From: Bacteroidales bacterium
GTDB lineage: Bacteria > Bacteroidota > Bacteroidia > Bacteroidales > UBA7960
NCBI GenBank assembly: GCA_003559855.1
Contig: PWJZ01000047.1
Location: forward strand, 32,876-96,875
DNA: 64,000 bases
Direction: 5' to 3'
Positions 9,583 through 19,450 of this stretch are shown here, piece by piece. The position numbers and the translations under genes were made by a program. The notes under the pieces are model-generated. The model worked only from the letters and a program-made list of their open reading frames with translations. It was not told the origin of the DNA and did not search any database. The first letter of the stretch is position 1. Each line of letters begins with the position of its first letter.

Positions 9583-11229
9583 ATGTGGTATAAAGCTATT
9601 GTAATTATTTGTTTTGTGTGTTTACAACAATTGTTTTTGCCGTCATTGATCCTATGCAAGGAACAAGACAAGATAAATACCGCCGAAACGTTTGATATTG
9701 AACCGGATGATCCGGTAGTTGCAATGCTTGACAGTCTTGCCACCCTTAAGGTTTTCAAAAATCTTGATATTCGTCGTGATACATCACCGCCGGTTACAGA
9801 ATATTTTCCCGCGGGTTTTATTCCTGAATATTGTGATTCGGTTTATAAAGAGAGATTTGCCGGGTTGAACAAATTATCGCCCATAGAATTCGAATACAAC
9901 TCCAGCGTTAAAGCCTTCATTGATTTATATGGCAGGCATCGGCGCGAACTTACCGAAAGGATAATGGGGCTTGCCGAGCTCTATTTCCCCTACTTTGAGG
10001 AACAACTGGACAGGCACAATCTTCCTTTGGAGCTTAAATATATTGCTGTTATTGAGTCGGCGCTTAACCCTGTAGCACGTTCAAGAGCCGGTGCCACGGG
10101 AATATGGCAGTTTATGTACGGCACCGGCCGATTATACGGGCTTGAAGTCAACAGCTATGTTGATGACCGCTCGGATGTGGTAAAATCGACCGTAGCTGCC
10201 TGCGAACATTTTGTTGACCTTTACAACATTTATGAAGATTGGCTATTGGCTATCGCAGCATACAATTCTGGTGCCGGCAATGTAAACAGGGCAATACGCC
10301 GGTCGGGAGGGGTCAAAGACTTCTGGAGTATTAGAGGATTCCTTCCACGTGAAACCAGAAACTATGTGCCGGCTTTCATGGCCGTCACATACATAATGGA
10401 ACATTCCGACCATCACAACCTTTATCCGGTACCGCCTCCCTTTACAGACCTCGACATTGACACACTGCATATCAACAGGCTTCTCAGTTTGCGTAATGTA
10501 AGCAAACTGCTCGACATACCGCCGGATCACCTTAGATATCTTAATCCTTCCTTCAGGCAAAATATAATTCCGGGAAGCGAAGACAATACCTATGTCTTTC
10601 GTATTCCTAAAGAATATTCAGGCCTTTTTGTTGCAAACGAAGAAAAGATATATAATTATAAAACCCCTGAGAAGATACGACAGGAAGAGCTTGCCGCTCA
10701 ACTGGCTGAAACTACCGTTCATGTGGTCAGACAAGGAGAGGTGCTTGGCACAATTGCCCGAAGGTATGGATGCACCGTCAGGGAAATACAACGCTGGAAT
10801 AATCTCCGGGGTACTCTGATACGACCCGGACAAAGGCTGGTGGTAAGAGCACCGCAACCCGTAAAAACAAATATTGCTAAGGATAATAATATGCATGTGA
10901 TCAGAAGTGGTGAAAACCTCGGTATAATTGCAAATCGTTACAGGATTTCAGTCAATGACCTTACTGAATGGAATAATCTCACCGGATCAACAATATACCC
11001 CGGACAACACCTGATAGTCAGACGCCCGGAAGGCAAAACAATCAAAAAAACAAAAAAAGAAAAAGAAATTACCTATATATATCACCACGTTCAGCAAGGT
11101 GATACACTCTGGGATATTGCCAATAAATATCCGGGTAACACAATCAGCCAGATCCGTGAACTTAACAATTTGTCAGGAAATATATTAATACCGGGGCAAA
11201 AACTGAAAATTCCAGTTATTGAACAATAA
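9583..11229 (+). CDS. lytic transglycosylase (MltD-like) with three C-terminal LysM domains
   Basis: SLT-domain motif ESALNPVARSRAGATGIWQFM...AAYNSG. Three LysM repeats (HVVRQGEVLGTIARRY, HVIRSGENLGIIANRY, HHVQQGDTLWDIANKY). Confidence 0.85.
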   Translation: MWYKAIVIICFVCLQQLFLPSLILCKEQDKINTAETFDIEPDDPVVAMLDSLATLKVFKNLDIRRDTSPPVTEYFPAGFIPEYCDSVYKERFAGLNKLSPIEFEYNSSVKAFIDLYGRHRRELTERIMGLAELYFPYFEEQLDRHNLPLELKYIAVIESALNPVARSRAGATGIWQFMYGTGRLYGLEVNSYVDDRSDVVKSTVAACEHFVDLYNIYEDWLLAIAAYNSGAGNVNRAIRRSGGVKDFWSIRGFLPRETRNYVPAFMAVTYIMEHSDHHNLYPVPPPFTDLDIDTLHINRLLSLRNVSKLLDIPPDHLRYLNPSFRQNIIPGSEDNTYVFRIPKEYSGLFVANEEKIYNYKTPEKIRQEELAAQLAETTVHVVRQGEVLGTIARRYGCTVREIQRWNNLRGTLIRPGQRLVVRAPQPVKTNIAKDNNMHVIRSGENLGIIANRYRISVNDLTEWNNLTGSTIYPGQHLIVRRPEGKTIKKTKKEKEITYIYHHVQQGDTLWDIANKYPGNTISQIRELNNLSGNILIPGQKLKIPVIEQ

Positions 11230-11329
11230 TTAAGATTAATTATCATTAAAGAATTAAACTCAGTGATCATATTTCATCTTATTCAACTTTAGAATTTCAA
11301 ACATTATCATTAAACAAAAACTTAAAGAT

Positions 11330-12382
11330 ATGAACCGGCTACTTGTTTTATCAACCATAATATTATTTTTCGTTTTATTTTCATGCGAAACTGAGGAAAG
11401 GAAGCGCAGACGGGTTTCAGCTACGGGTCCTACCGGCGAAATGCTAGTGGTAATGGACCAAAAAAAGTGGGACGGTAAAGCGGGCGAACTTATAAAAAAC
11501 ACCTTTGGTGCCTATCAGCCTATGCTTCCCCAGCCTGAATCTATGTTTGACCTGAGACATATTGATAAAGACAATTTTACTTCTCTTTTTGAAACCCACC
11601 GCAATATTCTGATAGTTGAGATTGATTCTTCCATTGAAAAGACCAGGCTTGAGACCAGGCAAAACCTATGGGCACAACCTCAACGCGTAATAAGAATATA
11701 CGCCGTAAACGACAGCCTTCTTGAATTAACCCTTGAAAGGAATGAACAACAGCTTATAGACCTATATTTTGAAAATGAACGCAAAAGACTTATCAACGCT
11801 TATAGATTAATGAGAAACGATAAAGCGCGCAATGCCTTGCACAACAGGTTTAACATAGACCTCCTTGTACCGGAAGGATATTTCATTGCAACCGAAGAAG
11901 AAAATTTTGTGTGGTTACGGCGTACGGCAACAAAAGAAGACCTGGAAATGGGCATGCTTCTTACAATACTACCCTATACCTGTCCTGACAAAGATTTTGA
12001 TTATGATGTTGTCTGGTCGCGCCGCGATTCAATAACAAAAAGACATGTTCCCGGACAACTGCCCAACAGCTATATGACCACCTATGAAGATATACCGCCC
12101 GACTACCGCGAAATAAACTTCAAAGGAAGATATGCTGTGAAACTGAGAGGCTTGTGGAAAATGGAAGGCGACTTTATGGGCGGGCCGTTCGTCAATTATA
12201 CCATGGTTGATGAATCGACCGGCCGGCTTATAAACATGGATGTTTTTGTCTGGGCCCCGCCATTCGATAAACGAGACTATCTCAGGCAACTGGAAGCACT
12301 GGCGTATTCAATTGAATTCCCGGGCGAAAAAGATATTGAACCCGAAACAGAACCGGAAGATATTGAACTTGTTGAAAAATAA
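11330..12382 (+). CDS. lipoprotein of unknown function (possibly DUF4837 family)
   Basis: Lipoprotein signal (FFVLFSC) and no recognisable catalytic motif. The family assignment is from memory of Bacteroidota synteny next to the LysM transglycosylase. Confidence 0.5.
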   Translation: MNRLLVLSTIILFFVLFSCETEERKRRRVSATGPTGEMLVVMDQKKWDGKAGELIKNTFGAYQPMLPQPESMFDLRHIDKDNFTSLFETHRNILIVEIDSSIEKTRLETRQNLWAQPQRVIRIYAVNDSLLELTLERNEQQLIDLYFENERKRLINAYRLMRNDKARNALHNRFNIDLLVPEGYFIATEEENFVWLRRTATKEDLEMGMLLTILPYTCPDKDFDYDVVWSRRDSITKRHVPGQLPNSYMTTYEDIPPDYREINFKGRYAVKLRGLWKMEGDFMGGPFVNYTMVDESTGRLINMDVFVWAPPFDKRDYLRQLEALAYSIEFPGEKDIEPETEPEDIELVEK

Positions 12383-12407
12383 TCAGCCTGATATTTACCG
12401 TCTCAAT

Positions 12408-13046
12408 ATGGGCTTTAGCAACAATAATTTTATTTCAAGGTTTATTAAACACGGTTTTCCGGGTAAAGATAAACCACCATATTACCAACTGCAGAAAAAG
12501 CACTTAAAAAATGTCAAGGTTTTACCTGCCAGGCTTGACATGCTCGAACAACTACCAAAAAATGCTACAGTGGCAGAAATAGGCGTTGCAAAAGGAAGAT
12601 TTTCTGAAAAGATACTTGATCTTTGCTCACCAAAAAAGCTTCATCTTGTTGATAGCTGGAGTACCAGGATGTTTGATACCAGCGCCAGATCATGGGTTGA
12701 AAACAAATTTAAAGAACAGATCAAGCTCGGAGTTGTTGATATTAACCATGGTAAATCTGCAGATATATTAAACGGCTTCCCTGATAATTATTTTGACTGG
12801 GTCTATATAGATACTGACCATACATATACTACAACAAAAATGGAGCTTGAGCTTTGCAGGCAAAAAGTAAAACCCGGGGGTATCATTTCGGGGCATGATT
12901 ACACTTCAAGACACTACCGAAAAGGAAATTCTTTCGGAGTAGTTGAAGCCGTAAATGAATTTTGCTGTAAGTATAACTGGGAGTTTGTTTTTTTAACCCA
13001 CGAAACGCACCGTCATATAAGTTTTGGTATAAGGGAAATAGTGTGA
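12408..13046 (+). CDS. class I SAM-dependent methyltransferase (Methyltransf_24/TylF-like)
   Basis: The track ORF 12240..13046 overlaps the previous gene by 143 nt. ATG 12408 (MGFSNNN...) removes the overlap. EIGVAKGRFSE SAM-binding loop and WVYIDTDHTY motif. Confidence 0.7.
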   Translation: MGFSNNNFISRFIKHGFPGKDKPPYYQLQKKHLKNVKVLPARLDMLEQLPKNATVAEIGVAKGRFSEKILDLCSPKKLHLVDSWSTRMFDTSARSWVENKFKEQIKLGVVDINHGKSADILNGFPDNYFDWVYIDTDHTYTTTKMELELCRQKVKPGGIISGHDYTSRHYRKGNSFGVVEAVNEFCCKYNWEFVFLTHETHRHISFGIREIV

Positions 13047-13117
13047 CTCCGGGGGGACTCGAACCCCCAACCTACAGAACCGGAATCTGTTATTCTATCC
13101 AATTGAACTACGGAGCC
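13044..13117 (-). tRNA. tRNA-Arg (anticodon CCG)
   Basis: The reverse complement reads GGCTCCGTAGTTCAATTGGATAGAATAACAGATTCCGGTTCTGTAGGTTGGGGGTTCGAGTCCCCCCGGAGTCA. It has a 7-bp acceptor stem, a D arm, an ACAGA/TCTGT anticodon stem with loop TTCCGGT, and a GGGGG/CCCCC T stem with TTCGAGT loop. It is 74 nt with no encoded CCA. Confidence 0.9.
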
Positions 13118-13227
13118 AAAAGTATGCAAAGTTAAATTTTTTTCCTTACCGGGGGGGCTTATAAAAGAAACACTTGCCGGATATCGTGTTCTATAGTTGT
13201 TTTTACTTAAAAGGTCAACCGGTATCT

Positions 13228-15717
13228 TTATCCTGATTTTCTTTTTCTTTGTGCTTTTCTGCCCAGATTTTTGATGTTTTCGGTAACAGGTTTTAATATT
13301 TTGGAGTATGTTGTTTCCTTATCTGCTTCTTCCAAATAACTTCCATATCCGTATCCATAGCCATAACCATAGCCATGGCCATAGCTGTAGCTATAGCCGT
13401 AGCCCGAACGTCTTGTTTTAACATCATTTATTTCTATGGCTATCTTATCACTGATTTTGGTTTTTTCGGCAAAATCATTTAAAAATTCAAGAGATGACTT
13501 TTCAGAAAATTTTTCTCTTACAATAAAAAGCACTACATCTGAAGCAGTTAATACGGGTATTGAGTCGGGCACAATACCGATAGGCGGTGTATCGATAACA
13601 ACGTAATCATATTTGTTATTAAGCTCTTTAAACATTTGATTCATTTTATCTGACTCAAGGAGTTCGCTTGGGTTTGGCGGCACAGTTCCTGAAGTAACAA
13701 CATGAAGATTTTCGTTCTGTGGTGCTTTCTGGATAATATCATCAAGCTTTTCTTTTCCTATCAGATAGTTTACCAGTCCTGGTTCTTTTTCCACATCAAA
13801 TTCCTGATAGATACGTGGTTTTCTTAAATCAGCGCTCAGAACGAGGGTTTTTTTCCCTGATAGTGCCAAAACCGAAGCCAGGTTTACTGCTGTAAATGTT
13901 TTTCCTTCCTCTGATTTTGCGGATGTAACTGTAACGATTTTAGAATTTTTACCGGCAGCCATAAAGGAGAGGTTTGCACGTAAAGCTCTAAAAGCTTCGG
14001 TAGTAGGTGATTTTGTTTGTTCAAAAGCCACAAGTTTTATAACTTTAGCGCGAGCTGACTGGCGCAAATGAGGTATTACGCCAATAACAGGGTATTTAAC
14101 CACGCTGGTTACATCCTTTTTATCCCTTATTTTGGTATTAAAGAAATCGTGCAAATAAATAACTCCCATAGGAAATATCAGCCCTAAAACCATCGCTATA
14201 AGATAGTTGCGGTTTTTTTTCGGCGACACTATTCCGCTGTTTCGGGCAGCATCAATGATCTTATTGTCAGGTATATTGGAAGCAAGCGCTATACCTGCTT
14301 CTGCACGCTTTTCCATCAAATAGTTATATGTAGCATCGCTGAGATTGAATTTGCGCTGTATGCCTATAAGCTCCCTTTCGGTGCTGGGAAGCATGCTGAT
14401 ACGGCTTTCAAGTGTATTAATGCGGTTTTTCAGGTCGGCCAGCAAAATCTTATTCGACTTTATTATGTTTTTTATATTTTCCCTGAGAGCCTTTTTTGTT
14501 GTTTCTATTTCTTTATCAAGAGATCGTAAATAAGGATTGAATTCGGTCGAAGAAAGTAATGCCCTGCTTCTTTCGGTATAAAGCATAGTAAGATCGGAAA
14601 CAAGCTTATTGAGAAGCATATCCTGGATACCCATGGCAGAAGGAGACAACATCTCGGAAAAATCCTTGCCTTCGTAAAGATACTCCAACAGATAATCATA
14701 ATATTGCGCTTTAACTTCATGAACGGCTTTTTCCCTATCAAGCTCCGAAAGCTCTGTAAAAAGCTGGTTAGCCTGATAGCTTATATCCATAAGTTTATGC
14801 TTCGATCTGAACTCCTGTAATGAACTTTCAGCAAGGTATAGTGAATCGGTAGTTACATCTATTTGCTGATCGATGAAGCGAATAGTATTATGAGCAATCT
14901 GATTCTTCTCATCAAGACCCTGAAAGATATAGTTTTCTGTTAACCTGTTGAGAAAATCACTGGCTCTTTGTGCGTTGGTAGCTTCAAATGTAACTTCAAC
15001 AATAGAGACATCAGGGTTAAGAGGTTCAACGCTTATTTTTGAACGGTATCTTGAAACAAGCGATCCAAAGCTGTTGACGACAAAAATGTATTCGCGTCCG
15101 TCATGTGATGCCGGTCTGTAATTGTCGGTAAGATGAAGCGATAACCTATAGCCGTTACTCATGAACTCTTCGCCGAAACGAACCCTTTTTGTATTATTTT
15201 TTGATCCGCTTCTTCCAAATAAGGACCGGTTATTATTTCCAAGTTCTATTTCATATTCATCCTCTGAAATAATTTTCACATTAAAAGGAGTATTCTTGGG
15301 AACATTATCAGGATCATAATCCGCAACAAAAGGTGTATTTCTATATATTTCTGTCTTTCTGATTTCGCCCACAATCCTTCCGATATTATAATATGATGTT
15401 TTAACGTCCATTTGACGTGTTGTTGTATCAACCAGGCTATATGATCTGATTATAGCCATTTCGTTGTATATATTGCGTCGCGGGCTGAAAAGGTCAAGTT
15501 CACCCATAAATTGACCGGGGCGGAACCCGCCTTTGCGGTCGTCTCTTATGAGCACGGTAGCATTGGTTCTGTAAACCGTTTCTGAGAATTTGTTATAAAA
15601 ATAAGCCACTGTTAAAGCTATTACCAAAGCAATAACAAACCAATACCAGTGCCTTAGGTATTTGAATATCAATGACTTTATATCAACGGTTTCTTCCTTA
15701 TAAGGATCTTGTGCCAT
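13228..15717 (-). CDS. polysaccharide co-polymerase / tyrosine autokinase (Wzc-like)
   Basis: 829 aa. Two TM segments flank a coiled-coil periplasmic region. The C-terminal kinase domain has Walker A SEEGKTF, Walker A' LSADLRKP and Walker B YVVIDTPP. Tyr-rich tail YGYSYSYGHGYGYGYGYGYGSY. Confidence 0.85.
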   Translation of the reverse strand: MAQDPYKEETVDIKSLIFKYLRHWYWFVIALVIALTVAYFYNKFSETVYRTNATVLIRDDRKGGFRPGQFMGELDLFSPRRNIYNEMAIIRSYSLVDTTTRQMDVKTSYYNIGRIVGEIRKTEIYRNTPFVADYDPDNVPKNTPFNVKIISEDEYEIELGNNNRSLFGRSGSKNNTKRVRFGEEFMSNGYRLSLHLTDNYRPASHDGREYIFVVNSFGSLVSRYRSKISVEPLNPDVSIVEVTFEATNAQRASDFLNRLTENYIFQGLDEKNQIAHNTIRFIDQQIDVTTDSLYLAESSLQEFRSKHKLMDISYQANQLFTELSELDREKAVHEVKAQYYDYLLEYLYEGKDFSEMLSPSAMGIQDMLLNKLVSDLTMLYTERSRALLSSTEFNPYLRSLDKEIETTKKALRENIKNIIKSNKILLADLKNRINTLESRISMLPSTERELIGIQRKFNLSDATYNYLMEKRAEAGIALASNIPDNKIIDAARNSGIVSPKKNRNYLIAMVLGLIFPMGVIYLHDFFNTKIRDKKDVTSVVKYPVIGVIPHLRQSARAKVIKLVAFEQTKSPTTEAFRALRANLSFMAAGKNSKIVTVTSAKSEEGKTFTAVNLASVLALSGKKTLVLSADLRKPRIYQEFDVEKEPGLVNYLIGKEKLDDIIQKAPQNENLHVVTSGTVPPNPSELLESDKMNQMFKELNNKYDYVVIDTPPIGIVPDSIPVLTASDVVLFIVREKFSEKSSLEFLNDFAEKTKISDKIAIEINDVKTRRSGYGYSYSYGHGYGYGYGYGYGSYLEEADKETTYSKILKPVTENIKNLGRKAQRKRKSG

Positions 15718-15748
15718 AGCAAATAATTATAAATTATGCAAAATTACC

Positions 15749-16510
15749 TTAATTAATATAATTTAGCAACAATATAGTAGTTGTGATTGCCGAGAACAAC
15801 ACAGCAAAAGGAAAATCTGCAAAGCCCAGTCTTTTGGCTATCGAAGGTTCAACATAAACAATATCGTTGGATTGCAAGTAAAAGAACTCCGAAGAAAAGG
15901 AGCGTCTGTCGGTCATATCAAGGCTTGCAAATTTAGCTCCTTCAGGAGTATGACGTACTATATTAACTCTGCGCCTGCCAAAATCGGTCATATCGCCAGC
16001 CAACCCCAAAGCATCAACAATAGTAAGCTGATTATCATAAATATAATAGTTTCCCGGACGACGTACCTCACCCAAAACCGTTATATTGAAATTAACCAGT
16101 TTAACCACCACCGTAGCATCTACAAGGTACTTACCCACTTTCTCCTGAATATGCTCCGTAATAAAGCTGATATTCATACCATCAACTTTAACATCGCCTA
16201 CAACAGGCATCTTTATATAACCAAGTTCGTTTACCGTATAACCATGTATATAAACCGATATATTGTCTCTGCCTCCGTAGGTAGAACGAGTAAAATCATC
16301 ACTGTTGAACATGCGATAACTCTCTTCTTCCAAAGTCATAACCCGTACATACAAAATATCACCCGGCTTTACCCTATAATCAGGCAAACTATATTCCACG
16401 GTATCGCCAACTTTTTCTTTATCCTGAAAATAAACTATTTGCCGATGAGGTGTGCAGGACATTGATAACAACAAAACCAAGATGGTTCCAAAAAATATTG
16501 TTCTTGACAT
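15749..16510 (-). CDS. polysaccharide export outer-membrane protein (Wza-like)
   Basis: Lipoprotein signal (LLLSMSC), Poly_export-like YRVKPGDILYVRV and an SLBB-like segment. It lies immediately upstream of wzc on the same strand. Confidence 0.85.
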   Translation of the reverse strand: MSRTIFFGTILVLLLSMSCTPHRQIVYFQDKEKVGDTVEYSLPDYRVKPGDILYVRVMTLEEESYRMFNSDDFTRSTYGGRDNISVYIHGYTVNELGYIKMPVVGDVKVDGMNISFITEHIQEKVGKYLVDATVVVKLVNFNITVLGEVRRPGNYYIYDNQLTIVDALGLAGDMTDFGRRRVNIVRHTPEGAKFASLDMTDRRSFSSEFFYLQSNDIVYVEPSIAKRLGFADFPFAVLFSAITTTILLLNYIN

Positions 16511-16772
16511 ATATATTATTTTTGCTTAATATCAGTTTAAAATCACAAAATTAATCAATTTATAATATAATACAATTAGGTATTTATACCGCTTGATGCT
16601 ATTTAACAATTACTGTTTAGGAGATCATATCAGCATCCGCTTGTTTCAACAAATCTAGCTTTACAACAATAAAAGATCATATTTGTTTACCACATAGCTA
16701 AAAATCAGTCACAAATTAAAAACGTAAAGACAACATTGTTTATGATAAAGATACATTGAAAAAATCATGGTA

Positions 16773-16787
16773 TTTTTTTTTTTTTTT
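16773..16787. repeat. T15 homopolymer tract
   Basis: Fifteen consecutive T in the wza / ECF sigma divergent intergenic region, the longest homopolymer I found in the window. Confidence 0.85.
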
Positions 16788-16842
16788 GATGTAGGTGATT
16801 ATTTCAATAATTAATAATTTTGACATGATTTTTTGTTTATCT

Positions 16843-16868
16843 TGTAACTTTACGGTTTTTCAACCGTC
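16843..16868 (+). promoter_or_regulatory. candidate ECF-type promoter (TGTAAC - 16 nt - CGTC)
   Basis: TGTAACTTTACGGTTTTTCAACCGTC lies 34 nt upstream of the ECF sigma ATG. An AAC -35 and CGT -10 with a 16-nt spacer is the general ECF architecture, and many ECF sigmas autoregulate. Confidence 0.4.
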
Positions 16869-16901
16869 TTATGCAAAAAGACAGGGCTAATTAGACTATT
16901 T

Positions 16902-17387
16902 ATGACCACTGCTGATTACAATAATTGTGTTGATAATTATGCTGACAGTGTTTATCGCTTTATTCTCAAGAACCTTGGTGATGAGGAAAAAGCGAGGGAT
17001 GTCGTACAGGATTCTTTTGAAAAGATGTGGATAAAAGCAGATCAGATCAGCGCAGAAAAAGCCCGTTCATATTTATTTACGACCGCATATCACACAATGA
17101 TAGACCAGATAAGAAAAGACCGCAACCAGGGAAATATTGATGATAACGCTTTCAACAAGCACTCATACACTGACGAATATTACGGTCTGAAAGAGATAAT
17201 TGATGAAGCAGTGGCAAAATTGCCCGAAATACAAAGATCGGTGCTTTTGCTCAGAGATTATGAAGGATACTCCTATAAAGAAGTAGGTGAAATTACAGGT
17301 CTTAGTGAGGTGCAGGTGAAAGTATATATTTTCAGGGCAAGAAAATTCTTAAAAAACCATATTGGCAGCCTTGATGAGGTAATATAA
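16902..17387 (+). CDS. RNA polymerase ECF-type sigma-70 factor
   Basis: 161 aa. Region 2 (DVVQDSFEKMW) and region 4 (LLLRDYEGYSYKEVGEITGLSEVQVKVYIFRARKFL). Confidence 0.9.
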   Translation: MTTADYNNCVDNYADSVYRFILKNLGDEEKARDVVQDSFEKMWIKADQISAEKARSYLFTTAYHTMIDQIRKDRNQGNIDDNAFNKHSYTDEYYGLKEIIDEAVAKLPEIQRSVLLLRDYEGYSYKEVGEITGLSEVQVKVYIFRARKFLKNHIGSLDEVI

Positions 17388-17389
17388 AC

Positions 17390-18490
17390 ATGAAAATAAA
17401 CAAAAACAATTACCAGGCATATATTCTCGATTATTACGAGGGGAACTTGTCGGAAGAACAAGCTGCCATGCTTATTTCTTTTTTGGAAAAACATCCCGGA
17501 CTTAAGGAAGAATTTGATGAGTTTGAAATTATTAAGCTGGATAATAACAAGGAAAATATTAAATTCGGCGAAAAAGAGTTGCTGAAAAAACAGCCTGCCA
17601 TGAAGGTCGCTTATGAGCAAATAAGTGATGCTAATTACGAAGAATTTTTTTCTGCTCATATTGATGTGGAGTTGTCAGCAAGCCGGGCAGCGGAGCTTGA
17701 ATCTTACATGGAAAAAAATCCTGATCGTGCCAAAGAGTTTTTGAAGTGGAAACAAATCAAGCTTAAACCCGATCTTTCTGTGTTTTTTCCCAATAAATCA
17801 ATATTAAAAAGACATAGTATTGGTATTGCCAGGAAACTATGGTATAGCATATCTGCTGCTGCTGCGGTTTTGATCCTGGCAGGGCTGTTTTTTATGAATG
17901 ATCTGATACCCGACAGGCAAGTTCAATATGTTGATAAAACAATTGAAGAAAAGCAACCTGTGATTGATGTTGAAGAAGAAAAAATTCATCAGGCAGAAAC
18001 CCGTCCGGTAATAGCTGACCATCAACCTGAAAAACCGGTTAAAAAACATGAAACACCACCTGCGGGTCATCATGATGATATTAAAGAAGAGATTGAAATA
18101 AGGCCGCTAAACGCAAGCTTTCTAGCTTCTTTACCTCCTTCCAGAATAGACTTTCAGGATGAGCCTCACAATTTTTTAGTTAAGGAACAAACTCCGCTTT
18201 ACGTTGCTGCACCAAAAATATCAGAAGATTACTATTATGACGAATATACCACAATGCCGCAACTTGCTCTGGCGGAATTTGAAAAAAGATCCGGCGTTAA
18301 TATTACATCTTTTGTGCCTGAAAATCTGTCTTTTTGGGATTTTGCCGGAACCGGTCTTGCTGCAATAAGCCATATAACCGGAAATACACTCACTCTGGAG
18401 CAAGGACGCAACGAAAAAGGCAAAATTACTCACCTTGCTATAGGTGATAATTTTGAAATATCCCGGGGTAGCACATTATCACAGGATTAA
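17390..18490 (+). CDS. putative anti-sigma factor / membrane protein
   Basis: Starts 3 nt after the sigma gene stop. Cytoplasmic N-terminal helical repeats, a single TM segment (ISAAAAVLILAGLFFM) and an extracytoplasmic C-terminus. No zf-HC2 Cys/His motif is visible. Confidence 0.5.
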   Translation: MKINKNNYQAYILDYYEGNLSEEQAAMLISFLEKHPGLKEEFDEFEIIKLDNNKENIKFGEKELLKKQPAMKVAYEQISDANYEEFFSAHIDVELSASRAAELESYMEKNPDRAKEFLKWKQIKLKPDLSVFFPNKSILKRHSIGIARKLWYSISAAAAVLILAGLFFMNDLIPDRQVQYVDKTIEEKQPVIDVEEEKIHQAETRPVIADHQPEKPVKKHETPPAGHHDDIKEEIEIRPLNASFLASLPPSRIDFQDEPHNFLVKEQTPLYVAAPKISEDYYYDEYTTMPQLALAEFEKRSGVNITSFVPENLSFWDFAGTGLAAISHITGNTLTLEQGRNEKGKITHLAIGDNFEISRGSTLSQD

Positions 18491-18525
18491 TAACTACAAT
18501 CATTTGTCTTATTTAAAAGACTTTA

Positions 18526-19413
18526 TTATAGTCTTTTATGTTTCCACCGTTTGTGTGACCAAAGCCAATATTCGGGTGCACGTTTAATCTCTTTTTCAAG
18601 CATCTGAGTATGGAGCGAGCTTAATGTTTGCTCATCATATTTTTTTGGTGTCGAAGTTATCAGCTCAGCATATATCTCATAATATCCTTTTTTCCCCCGG
18701 CGCGGGCAACAAAAAATCAGCGGGTAATTAAACATCCGGGACAACCTTGATGTGCCTTTATAAACAGGCGTATCTTGATTTAAGAACCTGATCCAGTGAG
18801 CATTTGATTTAGACGGTGTTTGATCAGCAATCAGTATTACAGCATTAGTTTGATTACGCAGTAAAAACATCTGCCGCGAAAAATCATTCCTGGGATGTAC
18901 CTTTACACCAAAACGTTTTCTCAGCCTTTTCATCACACTATCAATGACACGATTTTTAAAAGGTCTGTATGCCGTAACAGGATATATGCCAAAGTTTGAA
19001 TAAAAAGATGTGCCGCTCCATTCCCAATTACCATAATGACCCATAACTATCATAACTGATCGTTTGTTCTGCAAATAACTGTTGATCAACTCTTTTGCCT
19101 CAGGTGTATAAACGCAACGACGACTCAACTCTTTTGTTGAAAAGCTAAGAAGCTTTATAACCTCAACAATCAGACAGGACAGATGACGGTAAAACTTACG
19201 GCGTATTGATAACAGTTCTACAGGGCTTTTCTCCGGAAAAGCATTGGCAAGATTTCTATAAACAACATTTTTTCTGTATCCTGGTATGTAATAAAGAAGT
19301 AAAAAAACCAGCCAGCTTAGCTTATACAGTAGGGCTAATGGAAGCCATGAGATAGTATATATCAAACCAACCAAAGGATAGGAAAAAATTTCTATGATTC
19401 TCAGTTTTTTCAA
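18526..19413 (-). CDS. lysophospholipid / lipid A (LpxL-like) acyltransferase
   Basis: 295 aa. N-terminal TM segment and HYGNWEW (Hx4E) acyltransferase motif. The start is TTG in the track. Confidence 0.75.
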   Translation of the reverse strand: MKKLRIIEIFSYPLVGLIYTISWLPLALLYKLSWLVFLLLYYIPGYRKNVVYRNLANAFPEKSPVELLSIRRKFYRHLSCLIVEVIKLLSFSTKELSRRCVYTPEAKELINSYLQNKRSVMIVMGHYGNWEWSGTSFYSNFGIYPVTAYRPFKNRVIDSVMKRLRKRFGVKVHPRNDFSRQMFLLRNQTNAVILIADQTPSKSNAHWIRFLNQDTPVYKGTSRLSRMFNYPLIFCCPRRGKKGYYEIYAELITSTPKKYDEQTLSSLHTQMLEKEIKRAPEYWLWSHKRWKHKRL

Positions 19414-19450
19414 GTTGTTGTTTTGTATTATTTCCCGGCAAATTTAGTTT

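Noticed and set aside
16847-16860. 14-mer ACTTTACGGTTTTT shared between the ECF promoter region and 19689..19703
   Set aside because: Matches of this length are expected by chance several times in a 64-kb AT-rich window, and there is no extended similarity around them.
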